A stretch of DNA of 54,678 nt from a virus (lineage: Duplodnaviria; Caudoviricetes). The position numbers and the translations under genes were made by a program. This document shows, in pieces, positions 1 to 8,977 of this stretch. The stretch spans positions 1 through 54,678 of the IMG/VR virus record IMGVR_UViG_3300008450_000050; one strand, given 5' to 3'. Below the pieces are notes generated by a model. That model saw nothing but the letters and a program-made list of their open reading frames with translations. It did not search any database and was not told the origin of the DNA. Every line of letters begins with the position of its first letter. The first letter of the stretch is position 1.

Positions 1-216
1 TACGGCAATGCGCAGGTCTCCGGCAATGCGCGGGTCTACGGCGATGCGCAGGTCTACGGCAATGCGCAGGTCTCCGGCAATGCGCAGGTCTACGGCAATG
101 CGCGGGTCTACGGCGATGCGCAGGTCTACGGCAATGCGCAGGTCTCCGGCAATGCGCAGGTCTCCGGCAATGCGCAGGTCTCCGGCGATGCGCGGGTCTC
201 CGGCGATGCGCGGGTC
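1..216 (+). repeat. 18-bp coding tandem repeat T(A/C)CGGC(A/G)ATGCG(CAG/CGG)GTC
   Basis: About 12 units visible directly; encodes (Y/S)G(N/D)A(Q/R)V. Confidence 0.95.
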
Positions 217-477
217 GAAAAGGCTGTTGCTGTTGCCACAAGATCGGATGGCTATTTCTTCGCTCTGATGCGGTCGAAGAATGGCGGCGCGATCATTACC
301 GCTGGCTGCCGGTTCTTTGAAAGCTTTTCCGCCGCTCGCAAGCACTGGACCGATACGCGCGGTGGCACTGCGCTAGGCGAGGAAAGCCTTGCGATCCTCA
401 ATTATTTCGAGCGGCTGACGATGATCCGCCCCGACCTTGCAATGACCGCTCCGGCGGCGACTGATGAGGCCGCGTGA
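1..477 (+). CDS. 3' part of hexapeptide-repeat (left-handed beta-helix, YdcK-like) phage protein; 5' part at 54335..54678
   Basis: Frame +1 is open from base 1 (YGNAQVSGNARVYGDAQV...) into ORF 268..477; the same repeat ends the window. Confidence 0.85.
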   Translation, partial: YGNAQVSGNARVYGDAQVYGNAQVSGNAQVYGNARVYGDAQVYGNAQVSGNAQVSGNAQVSGDARVSGDARVEKAVAVATRSDGYFFALMRSKNGGAIITAGCRFFESFSAARKHWTDTRGGTALGEESLAILNYFERLTMIRPDLAMTAPAATDEAA

Positions 478-794
478 TGCACACGACCCTCACATACCCC
501 GCCCGCCACGCGACGCACTTCGCCAACGAGGTCGACAAGCTCGCCTGCGCTGCTCGCGACCTCATCACGGTTCTGGAGGAGGTGCAGGGCTTCCGCACCT
601 GCGACCCGTGGCCAGCGGATGTCGAGCGGTTCAACCGCCAGCAGGCCGAGATTGCCGGGCTCATGGAAGCCTACATCACCGCTGTCCATCGTGAAGCCGA
701 TGACCACGGCCTTGAGGAAGACGGCAACGCCGATCTCATCCAGTGCTCCGGCTTTGATTGCCGGGGGTGGAAGCTTTGCGGGGGGGGTGCGTGA
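474..794 (+). CDS. hypothetical phage protein
   Basis: Start overlaps upstream stop; operon context. Confidence 0.65.
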   Translation: MMHTTLTYPARHATHFANEVDKLACAARDLITVLEEVQGFRTCDPWPADVERFNRQQAEIAGLMEAYITAVHREADDHGLEEDGNADLIQCSGFDCRGWKLCGGGA

Positions 795-1075
795 TGGCTT
801 TTTATGTTGGGCAGAAGGTCGTGTGTGTTGAAACGGGGCCTATTACTAATGAGATTGGCTCCACGCACGCGGCCCATCAGCTTACAATTGGTTGCGTCTA
901 CACGATCAAGGAAATTGTTGCTCAAGGCCGCGGTCTAGTATTGGTAGAGGCGCGAAATAAGCCAGGGTGTAACGGCTTTAACGCTCGCAGATTTCGTCCC
1001 GCAGTCGAGCGCAAGACCGACATCAGCGCGCTGAAGGCTCTGCTGAACACCGTGCCCGAAAAGGTGTCAGCATGA
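794..1075 (+). CDS. hypothetical phage protein (MAFYVGQKVVCV..., small beta-barrel-like)
   Basis: Coupled ATG at 794; resembles a common alphaproteobacterial phage family. Confidence 0.7.
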   Translation: MAFYVGQKVVCVETGPITNEIGSTHAAHQLTIGCVYTIKEIVAQGRGLVLVEARNKPGCNGFNARRFRPAVERKTDISALKALLNTVPEKVSA

Positions 1076-1188
1076 TCACCGACCTCCGCGCTCTCATCTC
1101 CAACGCCTTTCAGGTCTGCGTGCTGCTTGGGGTGGCTTGGATGATCTGTATGGCCTTCGTCATTTTCGATGCAACAGCGGGGCAGTGA
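1072..1188 (+). CDS. 38-aa single-TM peptide (not in ORF track)
   Basis: ATGA overlap; MITDLRALISNAFQVCVLLGVAWMICMAFVIFDATAGQ is hydrophobic and fills the gap. Confidence 0.6.
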   Translation: MITDLRALISNAFQVCVLLGVAWMICMAFVIFDATAGQ

Positions 1189-1189
1189 C

Positions 1190-1528
1190 ATGAGCGAAGC
1201 GCACTGGACTGCCGAAGAAACACTCCAAGGCTGGGGCATCCGTTACAATCCGACCCCCGGCGGCGTGAAGAAAGCCGACGGCACGACAAGCTTTTCGCTG
1301 TCGTTCATCGCGCTTGAGTTGACCGACATGGTGTCAGACGCGGAGACAGCAGCCAAAGCAATTTCGCATGAGTTGAACGTTTACGCTGATCTGCTGACGG
1401 CGCTGCGCGAAATGGTGCGCTGGAACGTCAAGCGAGGCGGCCCCGATGATGAGCCGCTGCCAGCCGACGAGCAGGACCCCGAAGTCGCGAAGGCCATGGC
1501 CGCTATCGCCCGCGCGGAGGGCCGCTGA
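1190..1528 (+). CDS. hypothetical protein
   Basis: ORF in tightly packed operon. Confidence 0.65.
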   Translation: MSEAHWTAEETLQGWGIRYNPTPGGVKKADGTTSFSLSFIALELTDMVSDAETAAKAISHELNVYADLLTALREMVRWNVKRGGPDDEPLPADEQDPEVAKAMAAIARAEGR

Positions 1529-1752
1529 TGGCCACCCTCCGCCGCATCGTCACCCGCATCTGCGTCTGGTGGGCATCCAGCCGCGTCGAAAAGCAGCTTC
1601 CCGAGATAGCGGAACTGAGCCGCGAGATCGAAGCCAACCGCCGTCATCACCGCCCTGTGCGCCGTCTGATGCGAGCACAGCGCGACCTTATCCATGCCCG
1701 CCTCGCTGCTGAACTCGGCAAGGCCCCACCCGTCAAGAGGATCGCACGATGA
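1528..1752 (+). CDS. hypothetical basic protein
   Basis: TGATG coupling. Confidence 0.65.
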   Translation: MATLRRIVTRICVWWASSRVEKQLPEIAELSREIEANRRHHRPVRRLMRAQRDLIHARLAAELGKAPPVKRIAR

Positions 1753-1949
1753 GCCCCGCTCTCGGATTTGCCTATCTCAGCTTGGCGACGACAAGCATTC
1801 GCATCGCCAACGATTACCACCAGTCAGCGCTCCGCACCGATAGCGACCGCTGGCGCAAGGATGACATCGCGGAGTGGAAGCACCTGAAAATGCAGGCCCG
1901 CCGCTCCATCGCCGCTTCCTCAAACTGCGGTAGGCCGAAGCTCCCATGA
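1749..1949 (+). CDS. hypothetical protein
   Basis: ATGA coupling. Confidence 0.6.
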   Translation: MSPALGFAYLSLATTSIRIANDYHQSALRTDSDRWRKDDIAEWKHLKMQARRSIAASSNCGRPKLP

Positions 1950-2710
1950 ACGTTCAAGTTACCTCTGGCCTCATCGGCCATAACAACCCTCCGACTGAGA
2001 TCGAGCCGACGCCCTTTGAGATGTCGGAGGTTGAGATTGGCGACCTGTACGCGGAGGCCAAGGGCTTCCTTGACGGCGAGCCGATCAACAATCAGGCGAT
2101 GGCGGATGCCGTCTCCAAGCTGATCGATGACCTGCGGAAAGCCGCGAAACTGGCCGACGAGCGCCGCATTGAGGAAAACCGCCCCTTTGATGAAGGCAAG
2201 GCGGCTGTGCAGGCTCGCTATGCCCCGCTGATCGCGGACACGAAGACGACGAAGGGCAAGGCCGTCCTCGCCATTGAGATCGCCAAGAAGGCGCTCGCCC
2301 CATGGCTGCAAAAGCTGGAAGACGAAAAGCGCGCGGCTGCGGCTGCGGCTCGCGCTGCGGCCGATGAAGCCGAGCGCAAGGCGCGTGAAGCTCTCGCGGC
2401 CACCAAGGCTACCGAAGACCTTGCCGCCCGTGAAGCCGCAGAGGCGATGCTTCGCGACGCTCAGGCCGCCGATGCTGCCGCGACCAAGGCAGAGAACGAC
2501 AAGGCGCACGCCAAAGGCGGCTCGCGCGCCATGGGGCTGCGTAGCGTCTGGCGGGCCGAGATGGCCGACCCGAAAGAGGCGGCCCGGTTCTATTGGGCCA
2601 CCCGCCGCGCCGATGTCGATGCGTTCTTTCAAGGGCTCGCAGACGCCGACGTGCGCGCCGGCAAGCGGACCATTCCAGGCTTCAACGTCATCGAAGATCG
2701 GGTGCTCTGA
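1946..2710 (+). CDS. coiled-coil protein of the recombination module
   Basis: IGHNNPP N-terminus, Ala-rich helix, C-terminal IPGF motif; directly upstream of Rad52-like gene. Confidence 0.75.
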   Translation: MNVQVTSGLIGHNNPPTEIEPTPFEMSEVEIGDLYAEAKGFLDGEPINNQAMADAVSKLIDDLRKAAKLADERRIEENRPFDEGKAAVQARYAPLIADTKTTKGKAVLAIEIAKKALAPWLQKLEDEKRAAAAAARAAADEAERKAREALAATKATEDLAAREAAEAMLRDAQAADAAATKAENDKAHAKGGSRAMGLRSVWRAEMADPKEAARFYWATRRADVDAFFQGLADADVRAGKRTIPGFNVIEDRVL

Positions 2711-3402
2711 TGTTCAACGAAAAGCAAATTGAACAGCTTTCCGCCAAGCTCGACAAATCACACGTCAAGGAGCGGACGCAGGCCGGTCGCAAGCTCTCGT
2801 ATGTCGAGGGCTGGCACGCTATCGCAGAAGCCAATCGCATTTTCGGCTTCGACGCTTGGACCCGTGAGACGCTGGACCTCCGTATGGTCGCAGAGCGCGA
2901 GCGTCAGGTTGGGCAGGGTACGGGCTTCGGCGTGACCTACATCGCCAAGGTCCGCGTCATCGTTGACGGCGTGGCACGTGAGGGCATCGGCGCCGGTCAC
3001 GGCATCGACCGCGACCTCGGGCTTGCTCATGAGAGCGCCGTCAAGGAAGCCGAGACGGACGCGATGAAGCGGGCGCTTATGACGTTCGGCAATCCGTTCG
3101 GCCTCGCCCTCTATGACAAGACACAAGAGAACGTCGAATCCGTGCCGGTGAGCGGCCGGACCGCCGCCCCCGTGAATGACCGCACATCGAACGCGGGGGC
3201 GGCGCCTCTTACTGTGACCGAGCGCCTGATGGCTGCTTTGGAAGGCTTCACCGAGGCCGAGGCCGTATTCAAGTGGTGGAACAATCCGAAGGTACAGGAA
3301 GCCTATAACGGGCTTTCCGAGGCGGCGAAGGCGTCTGTCGATGCTGCCAAGCGTCGGCGGCTGGAGATCATCGAGAGCCCGTTTCAGGAGGCGGCTGAGT
3401 GA
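2710..3402 (+). CDS. Rad52/22-family (Sak-like) ssDNA-annealing recombinase
   Basis: LSYVEGWHAIAEANRIFGFDAW and AVKEAETDAMKRALMTFGNPFGLALYD motifs. Confidence 0.92.
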   Translation: MFNEKQIEQLSAKLDKSHVKERTQAGRKLSYVEGWHAIAEANRIFGFDAWTRETLDLRMVAERERQVGQGTGFGVTYIAKVRVIVDGVAREGIGAGHGIDRDLGLAHESAVKEAETDAMKRALMTFGNPFGLALYDKTQENVESVPVSGRTAAPVNDRTSNAGAAPLTVTERLMAALEGFTEAEAVFKWWNNPKVQEAYNGLSEAAKASVDAAKRRRLEIIESPFQEAAE

Positions 3403-3794
3403 CCCGCCGCACCTTCATCATCCGCAGCCGCAAGGACCGCGAGGCTATCGCGCGATGGGCCTCCGAATGCTCTGACGGCGTGACTGTCGAGTTCAAGGCC
3501 CCGCGCCGCAACCTCGATCAGAACGCGCTCATGTGGTGCTTGCTGGGCGAGATCAGCCGGCAAGTCGTCTGGTACGGCGCGAAGCTGTCTGCCGAGGATT
3601 GGAAGGACGTTCTGACGGCGTCGCTTCGGAAAGCCCGCGTGGTCCCTGGTATCGACGCAGGCACCTATGTGCCGCTCGGCATGCGGACATCCGACATGAC
3701 CAAGCCGGAGATGGCCGAGCTGATCGAGCTAATTATGGCCTTCGGGGCAGAGCGCGGCGTCGTCTTTGGCGACCAGCAGGAGCGCGCAGCATGA
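3399..3794 (+). CDS. ninB: NinB/Orf recombination protein
   Basis: RNLDQNALMW...WYGAKLSAEDWK...GMRTSDMTKPEMAELIELIMAFGAERGV. Confidence 0.9.
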   Translation: MTRRTFIIRSRKDREAIARWASECSDGVTVEFKAPRRNLDQNALMWCLLGEISRQVVWYGAKLSAEDWKDVLTASLRKARVVPGIDAGTYVPLGMRTSDMTKPEMAELIELIMAFGAERGVVFGDQQERAA

Positions 3795-4150
3795 GGCGCG
3801 AGTTTCCCGCCAAGGTCCGCGTCGCCGCATTCCAGCGCGCTAACGGTCAATGCGAGAGCTGCACAGCGCGTCTCGTTCCCGGCAAGTTCGCATATGACCA
3901 CGACTTGCCCGATTGGCTTGGCGGGGAGCCGGTTCTGTCGAATTGCCGCGTGCTCTGCGATGCGTGTCATGGGGCGAAGACAGCGGGCGAGGATGTCCCT
4001 CGGATAGCCAAAGCCAAGCGGCAGCGCGCCAAGCACGCCGGCATCCGCCCGCCTCCCCAGATCCAATCGCGCGGCTTCCTGAAATTGGCCCGCCAAGCCC
4101 GCGCGACCACCCCCCTATCGAAACCCCTGCCGGCGCGGAGATTCACATGA
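3791..4150 (+). CDS. HNH endonuclease (zinc-binding)
   Basis: CESC...YDH...NCRVLCDACHGAKT. Confidence 0.88.
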   Translation: MRREFPAKVRVAAFQRANGQCESCTARLVPGKFAYDHDLPDWLGGEPVLSNCRVLCDACHGAKTAGEDVPRIAKAKRQRAKHAGIRPPPQIQSRGFLKLARQARATTPLSKPLPARRFT

Positions 4151-4767
4151 GAGAGACGAAGCACACCTGCATTGTCAGGATTGATGGCGAACCGCTCCTA
4201 TCGAGGGCGCAAGCCTACCGGCAGGCTGTCATTGCTCAAGAGCGTGCATGGAACGAATATAGGCAATCCATTGGCGCTTCCGGCTTCCCTGCCGGCTGGC
4301 CCGGCTCGTCTCCGTCATTCATGTTTTTCGTCGGCTCCTCGCCACCGGAGGGTTGGTCCAAGCCTGACCGCAAAGGCGTATCCCGCCCCAAAAAGGGGTC
4401 GGAAGCCGCGAAGGCAATGGCCGCCTTGCCGCCCCGGCCTTCAGTGCGCGGCGTTCTGAGCGGCATCGTCAACGACCTGAGCTATGCCGGCCCCGGCATC
4501 AGCGGCTCTGGCATGATCGCCTTCTTCGATGAAGGGTATTCGGTTGGGTGGGTTGGTGGCACTTTCTTCGCTCGAATTCCCCATGCCGGCCGCGCTGCCG
4601 CTGATCATCTCGCCCGCCATCCTGATCACACTGTCGATGAGCCGGCCAAGAGCTGGCGCATTCCTGATGGCCTGACGGAAATCAGCCAAGCCGAATTCGA
4701 TCTCCTATGCGCTCAGCACCGCGTCGAGCTTGAGCGCCGGCATGCCGCCAAAAAGGAGGCCGCATGA
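4147..4767 (+). CDS. hypothetical protein
   Basis: ATGA-coupled ORF. Confidence 0.65.
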   Translation: MRETKHTCIVRIDGEPLLSRAQAYRQAVIAQERAWNEYRQSIGASGFPAGWPGSSPSFMFFVGSSPPEGWSKPDRKGVSRPKKGSEAAKAMAALPPRPSVRGVLSGIVNDLSYAGPGISGSGMIAFFDEGYSVGWVGGTFFARIPHAGRAAADHLARHPDHTVDEPAKSWRIPDGLTEISQAEFDLLCAQHRVELERRHAAKKEAA

Positions 4768-4928
4768 ACTGGCACGCCCCCGCCCTCACCCCCGCCCACG
4801 GTTTCTACGCCCTGATCGCTATCGCCGTCGTCAGCCTCCTATCCTGGCTCGTCGGACGGATGCTCTCCTATCGGGAGCCCTCCAAGGACGAAGACCCCAT
4901 CGAGCGGCAGTTCAAGGAGATCAAGTGA
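4764..4928 (+). CDS. 54-aa membrane peptide (not in ORF track)
   Basis: AAGGAGG RBS; MNWHAP...ALIAIAVVSLLSWLVG TM segment; coupled at both ends. Confidence 0.65.
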   Translation: MNWHAPALTPAHGFYALIAIAVVSLLSWLVGRMLSYREPSKDEDPIERQFKEIK

Positions 4929-5299
4929 TGACCGACATGGAACGCCTAAAAAACACGGCCCTGCGCGTCGCACGGCTGGCCGCGCTCAACGCGCCTGCGA
5001 TCATCATCGCGGATCAAGTCAACCTGCTCGCCAAGCGAACCGATGCGCTATGCCAGTCGGTCGGAACCACGCTGGCCGATGAGCGCGAACGGAACGCGCG
5101 GCTGATGGCGGAGATCGACGCGCAAGGCCCGCTTTCGGCGGAAGAGGAAGAGCAGTTCCAGACAGAGCAGGCCGCGTACGACGCTGCCGCCGAGAAGGCC
5201 CAAAAGGCCGCCGGGTATTCCGATGTCGAGTGGGGCCGGCTGGATCACAGCTACCGCTTCGATCTCGTCATGGAGCATTTTGTGGAGCCGAGCCATTGA
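4928..5299 (+). CDS. hypothetical protein
   Basis: AAGGAG RBS, coupled start. Confidence 0.65.
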   Translation: MTDMERLKNTALRVARLAALNAPAIIIADQVNLLAKRTDALCQSVGTTLADERERNARLMAEIDAQGPLSAEEEEQFQTEQAAYDAAAEKAQKAAGYSDVEWGRLDHSYRFDLVMEHFVEPSH

Positions 5300-5568
5300 T
5301 TATCGGACGCATCGAAGGCGCAACGCGCGTGCTCGGCAAATCGCAAGGCTATCTTGGCCTGCCGCTCCGCGACGTGCTGCTCCCGACAACAGTAGACGGC
5401 CCTGAGACGCCTTGCATGGAAACGGCGTGGCTCCCGACACCCGACGAGATTGAGCGCATCAACTCCGGGGCTCCGGTCATCCTGCGCGTGATCGGCACCG
5501 CGCACCCGCCCGTCATGGTCGAGGTGGGGAAACTCGCGGATGCGCACCAAAAGAAAGAAACCCCATGA
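5296..5568 (+). CDS. conserved hypothetical phage protein
   Basis: TTG start; GATRVLG...WLPTPDEIERINSGAPVILRVIGTAHPPV. Confidence 0.7.
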   Translation: MIIGRIEGATRVLGKSQGYLGLPLRDVLLPTTVDGPETPCMETAWLPTPDEIERINSGAPVILRVIGTAHPPVMVEVGKLADAHQKKETP

Positions 5569-5945
5569 CCATCATCGACGCGCCCATTTCAGATGAGAGG
5601 CTTGCAGAAATCAAGGCAGAAGCAGGTTTGAGCTTCGATCATTTTATCGAGCTGTATGCGTTTGAGGTCCGTTCCCTCATAGCACGGGTCGAGGAAGCGG
5701 AGGGGGGATGGAGGGACATTGCGAGCGCGCCGAGAGACGGTCGGATGGCGCTCGTTTATCGGCCGCTCGCTCGCAATTCAGGCGATGAGCCTGTCGCAAT
5801 CAAACGGCTTATTGAGGGCAACGCCTTCTGCTGGGCAACCACAGTCCCCGAAGGCGCGGAGCCATTCAATCCGACAGACGGCTCATGCCACGTCACGCAT
5901 TGGAAGCCGCTCGACCTCCCCCCTCCCTCCCCTCCCGAGTCCTGA
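5565..5945 (+). CDS. DUF551-like protein
   Basis: WRDIASAPRDG...VTHWKPL signature. Confidence 0.75.
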   Translation: MTIIDAPISDERLAEIKAEAGLSFDHFIELYAFEVRSLIARVEEAEGGWRDIASAPRDGRMALVYRPLARNSGDEPVAIKRLIEGNAFCWATTVPEGAEPFNPTDGSCHVTHWKPLDLPPPSPPES

Positions 5946-5946
5946 C

Positions 5947-6225
5947 ATGGCGAAGGTTCCGCGCGATCCCCTTTACGGAAAGCCGCCCTCATGGGGGAAG
6001 CTCTACGACAAGCACTTCCCGCATAACACGGACGGGGCGTCCCGCCATGTGAAGTGCTTCGCGGAGCAGATGCGACGGGTGCGCGATCCCTTGCGAGGTC
6101 TGGTCAGCTTGTACCAGCCCCCCGACCACATCGCTCGTTCCATGGAGCTAACCGTCATTGCGCTCTGGGAAGCCCGCGCTCGCATTGCCAAGCTTGAAGC
6201 GCAACTCGCCAAGCAGGAGTCCTGA
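5947..6225 (+). CDS. hypothetical protein flanked by 14-bp direct repeats
   Basis: GAGTCCTGACATGG at 5937 and 6217. Confidence 0.6.
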   Translation: MAKVPRDPLYGKPPSWGKLYDKHFPHNTDGASRHVKCFAEQMRRVRDPLRGLVSLYQPPDHIARSMELTVIALWEARARIAKLEAQLAKQES

Positions 6226-6226
6226 C

Positions 6227-6490
6227 ATGGGACGCGCGACGGTGGAGCCGGTGTTCGTCTCGCGCCAGACGGCGGCCGAGCGGCTGGAGATCAGCGTTGA
6301 CACGTTCGACACATGGCTGCGCGCCGGTTTCATCCCGCCTGCTCAGATCGAGCGCGGCCAGATCGTCCGGTGGCATTGGCCAACGTTAGAGGAAAGGCTT
6401 GCCGGTGGCGGCGCCCCGGCCGCAGTATCCGACCCCTTCATGGAGGGGCTGAAGAATGTCGCGAAGGGCCGTCGTCATGCCGCTGCCTAA
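6227..6490 (+). CDS. xis: excisionase-like HTH protein
   Basis: SRQTAAERLEISVDTFDTW...VRWHW; overlaps integrase start. Confidence 0.75.
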   Translation: MGRATVEPVFVSRQTAAERLEISVDTFDTWLRAGFIPPAQIERGQIVRWHWPTLEERLAGGGAPAAVSDPFMEGLKNVAKGRRHAAA

Positions 6491-7508
6491 GGGGATCACG
6501 CGCGTCGTCAACAAGCGCACCGGGCGGGAATACTGGTATCATCAGGAGCGGCGCGGGAAGCCAGACGCAGGCCCGCGTACTGCGTTGCCGGAGTTTGGGA
6601 CGCCTGCGTTTTATCGCGAGGTCGCGCGGCTCACGGGCGCGGTGCAGACGCCGCAGAACACAATCGACAAGTTGATCGAGGCGTACAAGGCGCAGCCGGA
6701 ATGGGCGACGCGCAGGCCCAACACCATCGCGACCTATGAGACAGCGCTAGGCCACATCAGCGACGCATGGGGCGGGCAAGACCCGGCCGGGCTCACGGCG
6801 GCGCATGTCCTGGCGCTGCGCGCCGTTTTCGGGGATCGGCCATCCATGGGCAACATGGTGCTCGTCATGGTCCGCGCCCTGATGAAGCTTGCCGTACAGA
6901 CCGGGCTGCGGCTCGACAACCCCGCGCGCGAGATCAACAAGCTGGAGGAGATGCCGGACGAGGCGAAGCCGCTGACCGCAGAGGCATGGGCCGCGATCAC
7001 GTCAGACGCCGCACCGGCGGCGCTCCGGCGCTTTGCCGTGCTCGGCCGCGCCACGGGCCAGCGCATTTCCGATCTGGTCATGATGCGCCCGGCAGACCGC
7101 GACGCCGATGGGGTCATGTTGCAAATCACGAAGCTGCGCGACAAGCCGCACTGGTGCCCGCTGCGGCCCGATGAGATTGCCGTCATCGACGGATGGAAGC
7201 AGTTCCCCGCGGCAACCTATGTGACGCGCGAGAATGGCCGCCGGCACTCTGACGACACGCTCAGGTTCGCATGGAATGCCTTTGCCGCCACCGAGGCCGG
7301 CAAGGCGCTGCGCGGGTTCACCCCTCACGACCTGCGCGCGACCAAGGTCTGCGACGAGCGGATCAGGGGAAAGCACCACGGCCAGATCGCCGCGATGGTG
7401 GGCATGTCGATTGAGATGGTGACGAAATACAGCCGGTACATTGACCAGCGTCTGGCGGCCGGCGGAACGGCTGGCGAACAGGCCAATGCAAAATCTGATA
7501 ACCAGTGA
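6456..7508 (+). CDS. int: tyrosine recombinase / integrase
   Basis: TGQRISDL (R), HDLR and KYSR (Y) catalytic motifs. Confidence 0.93.
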   Translation: MSRRAVVMPLPKGITRVVNKRTGREYWYHQERRGKPDAGPRTALPEFGTPAFYREVARLTGAVQTPQNTIDKLIEAYKAQPEWATRRPNTIATYETALGHISDAWGGQDPAGLTAAHVLALRAVFGDRPSMGNMVLVMVRALMKLAVQTGLRLDNPAREINKLEEMPDEAKPLTAEAWAAITSDAAPAALRRFAVLGRATGQRISDLVMMRPADRDADGVMLQITKLRDKPHWCPLRPDEIAVIDGWKQFPAATYVTRENGRRHSDDTLRFAWNAFAATEAGKALRGFTPHDLRATKVCDERIRGKHHGQIAAMVGMSIEMVTKYSRYIDQRLAAGGTAGEQANAKSDNQ

Positions 7509-7679
7509 AAAACGGAAGGCTCGCAAAGCCAATGAAAATGGCCTTTTTCGAAGACCCCGCCTTAACCCTGCATAAGACCGAATCCGCGAAAAGCCCGTCT
7601 GGCACGGCGCTGGATTTTACAAGCCCTACCGGAACAGACCGGGACGGATCGGAAACGAACCGTAGCCAGTGCAAAACGG
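7482..7679. other. candidate attP region with arm-type repeats
   Basis: CCA(A/G)TG(C/A)AAA repeats at about 7483, 7502, 7529 and 7666, just after int. Confidence 0.55.
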
Positions 7680-7701
7680 TTTCGCGCCCCCTCCCGGCGC
7701 C

Positions 7702-7893
7702 CTAGCGGGCTTTCTCTCTGCGGCGGAGTTCTCGGGTGATGGCTTCGCGGATGAGGTCAAGCCGGGGCTCGTCGGGCCGCCTGGCGGCGTCGATCCGGTC
7801 GAGCAATGGCTTGTTCAAAGGCAGGGCAATGCGAAGCGTCCAGACCGTCTCGCGGCCGGGCTTTTTCTTTTTCGGGGCATCGGATTCGACCAA
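7702..7893 (-). CDS. small ribbon-helix-helix-like DNA-binding protein
   Basis: KKPGR...IALPLNKPLLDRID...RLDLIREAITREL. Confidence 0.7.
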   Translation of the reverse strand: MVESDAPKKKKPGRETVWTLRIALPLNKPLLDRIDAARRPDEPRLDLIREAITRELRRREKAR

Positions 7894-7906
7894 ATTCGCA
7901 CCTAAT

Positions 7907-7949
7907 TCGTATGCATGATATTGACGTTGGCGTGCATACGATATAGGTT
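7907..7949 (+). promoter_or_regulatory. sigma70-like promoter with inverted-repeat operator
   Basis: TTGACG-N17-TAGGTT; TCGTATGCA (7907) and TGCATACGA (7933) flank the -35. Confidence 0.6.
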
Positions 7950-7977
7950 GATCCCAACAGGCGCAAGGGAGCTACCG

Positions 7978-8121
7978 ATGAAACTGCTTCGCAAGGTTGG
8001 CCGCATCGAAATCTGGCAGGTCAGCGAGAGCTACGGCTTCGACTATTACGTCTACGGCGTGCTGCGCGATCCGATTGTCTGCCCGTCGTTTGGCATGGCC
8101 TGCGAGAAGGCCGGCATCTGA
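7978..8121 (+). CDS. 47-aa hypothetical protein
   Basis: AAGGGAG RBS; stop coupled to next ATG. Confidence 0.6.
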   Translation: MKLLRKVGRIEIWQVSESYGFDYYVYGVLRDPIVCPSFGMACEKAGI

Positions 8122-8750
8122 TGCGCATTCTGGTCGCCTGCGAGTTCTCTGGGGTTGTGCGCCGGGCCTTCCGCGCGCTCGGTCACGACGCGTGGTCTTG
8201 CGACCTGCTGCCGGCCGAAGACGGAAGCCCGTTCCATTACCAAGAAGACGCGATCAACGTTGCGTATGCCGGCAGTTTGCTTAACTGGGGCGGCGGCTGG
8301 GATATGATGATTGCCCACCCACCATGCACCGACCTTGCCGTCAGCGGCGCGCGATATTTCGCGGCCAAACAGGCAGACGGGCGACAGGACAGAGCGCTAG
8401 AGTTTGTCCGCGAACTGATGTCTGCGCCTATCCCGCGCATCTGCATTGAAAACCCGATCAGCATCATTTCATCACGCATCCGCAAGCCGGATCAGATTAT
8501 CCAGCCTTGGCAGTTCGGCCACGGCGAGACGAAGGCGACGTGCCTCTGGCTCAATGGCCTGATGCCCCTGCGCTCGACCAACATTGTTGAGGGCCGTGAA
8601 GCCCGCGTCCATCGGATGCCACCCGGCCCCAACCGCTGGAAAGAGCGCAGCCGCACCTTTGAGGGCATCGCGGCGGCAATGGCCGAACAGTGGGGCGCCA
8701 AAGCCTCCCCCCTCCCCCCTATGGGCACAGAGAGCGGGGGGCGGTCGTGA
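8121..8750 (+). CDS. short phage DNA-cytosine methyltransferase-like protein
   Basis: ILVACEFSG SAM-binding region, HPPCT, IENP, RSRTFEGIAAAMAEQW. Confidence 0.85.
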   Translation: MRILVACEFSGVVRRAFRALGHDAWSCDLLPAEDGSPFHYQEDAINVAYAGSLLNWGGGWDMMIAHPPCTDLAVSGARYFAAKQADGRQDRALEFVRELMSAPIPRICIENPISIISSRIRKPDQIIQPWQFGHGETKATCLWLNGLMPLRSTNIVEGREARVHRMPPGPNRWKERSRTFEGIAAAMAEQWGAKASPLPPMGTESGGRS

Positions 8751-8977
8751 GCCCGTTTCTGACGCAGATCGTTGAAAGCCCGCACATGACGGAGGCTTTC
8801 GAGGATTGGTCGCGAGTGCGCTCGCCGGCACGGGCGGCGCGACGCCTCAAGCGCGGCTACCGGCAGAACATCGTCTACGGACGGCGACCCTGCGCCAAGC
8901 AAATCAACGGCGTGATCTACGCGCATCCTGAGATTGTCGGGCGGTTGTTTGACGCCACAGAGAGCGGGGGACGGTGA
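8747..8977 (+). CDS. hypothetical protein
   Basis: GTGA coupling. Confidence 0.6.
   Translation: MSPFLTQIVESPHMTEAFEDWSRVRSPARAARRLKRGYRQNIVYGRRPCAKQINGVIYAHPEIVGRLFDATESGGR

Noticed and set aside
8-268. ORF-track protein MRRSPAMRGS...
   Set aside because: Off-frame reading of the hexapeptide repeat; frame +1 joins the real N- and C-termini
4750-4767. Many genes ending in E-A-A
   Set aside because: By-product of GGAGGC-N-GC-ATGA RBS/stop-start coupling, common in such phages
7505-7705. 66-aa ORF after the integrase
   Set aside because: Overlaps the repeat-rich candidate attP and has no motif; treated as non-coding
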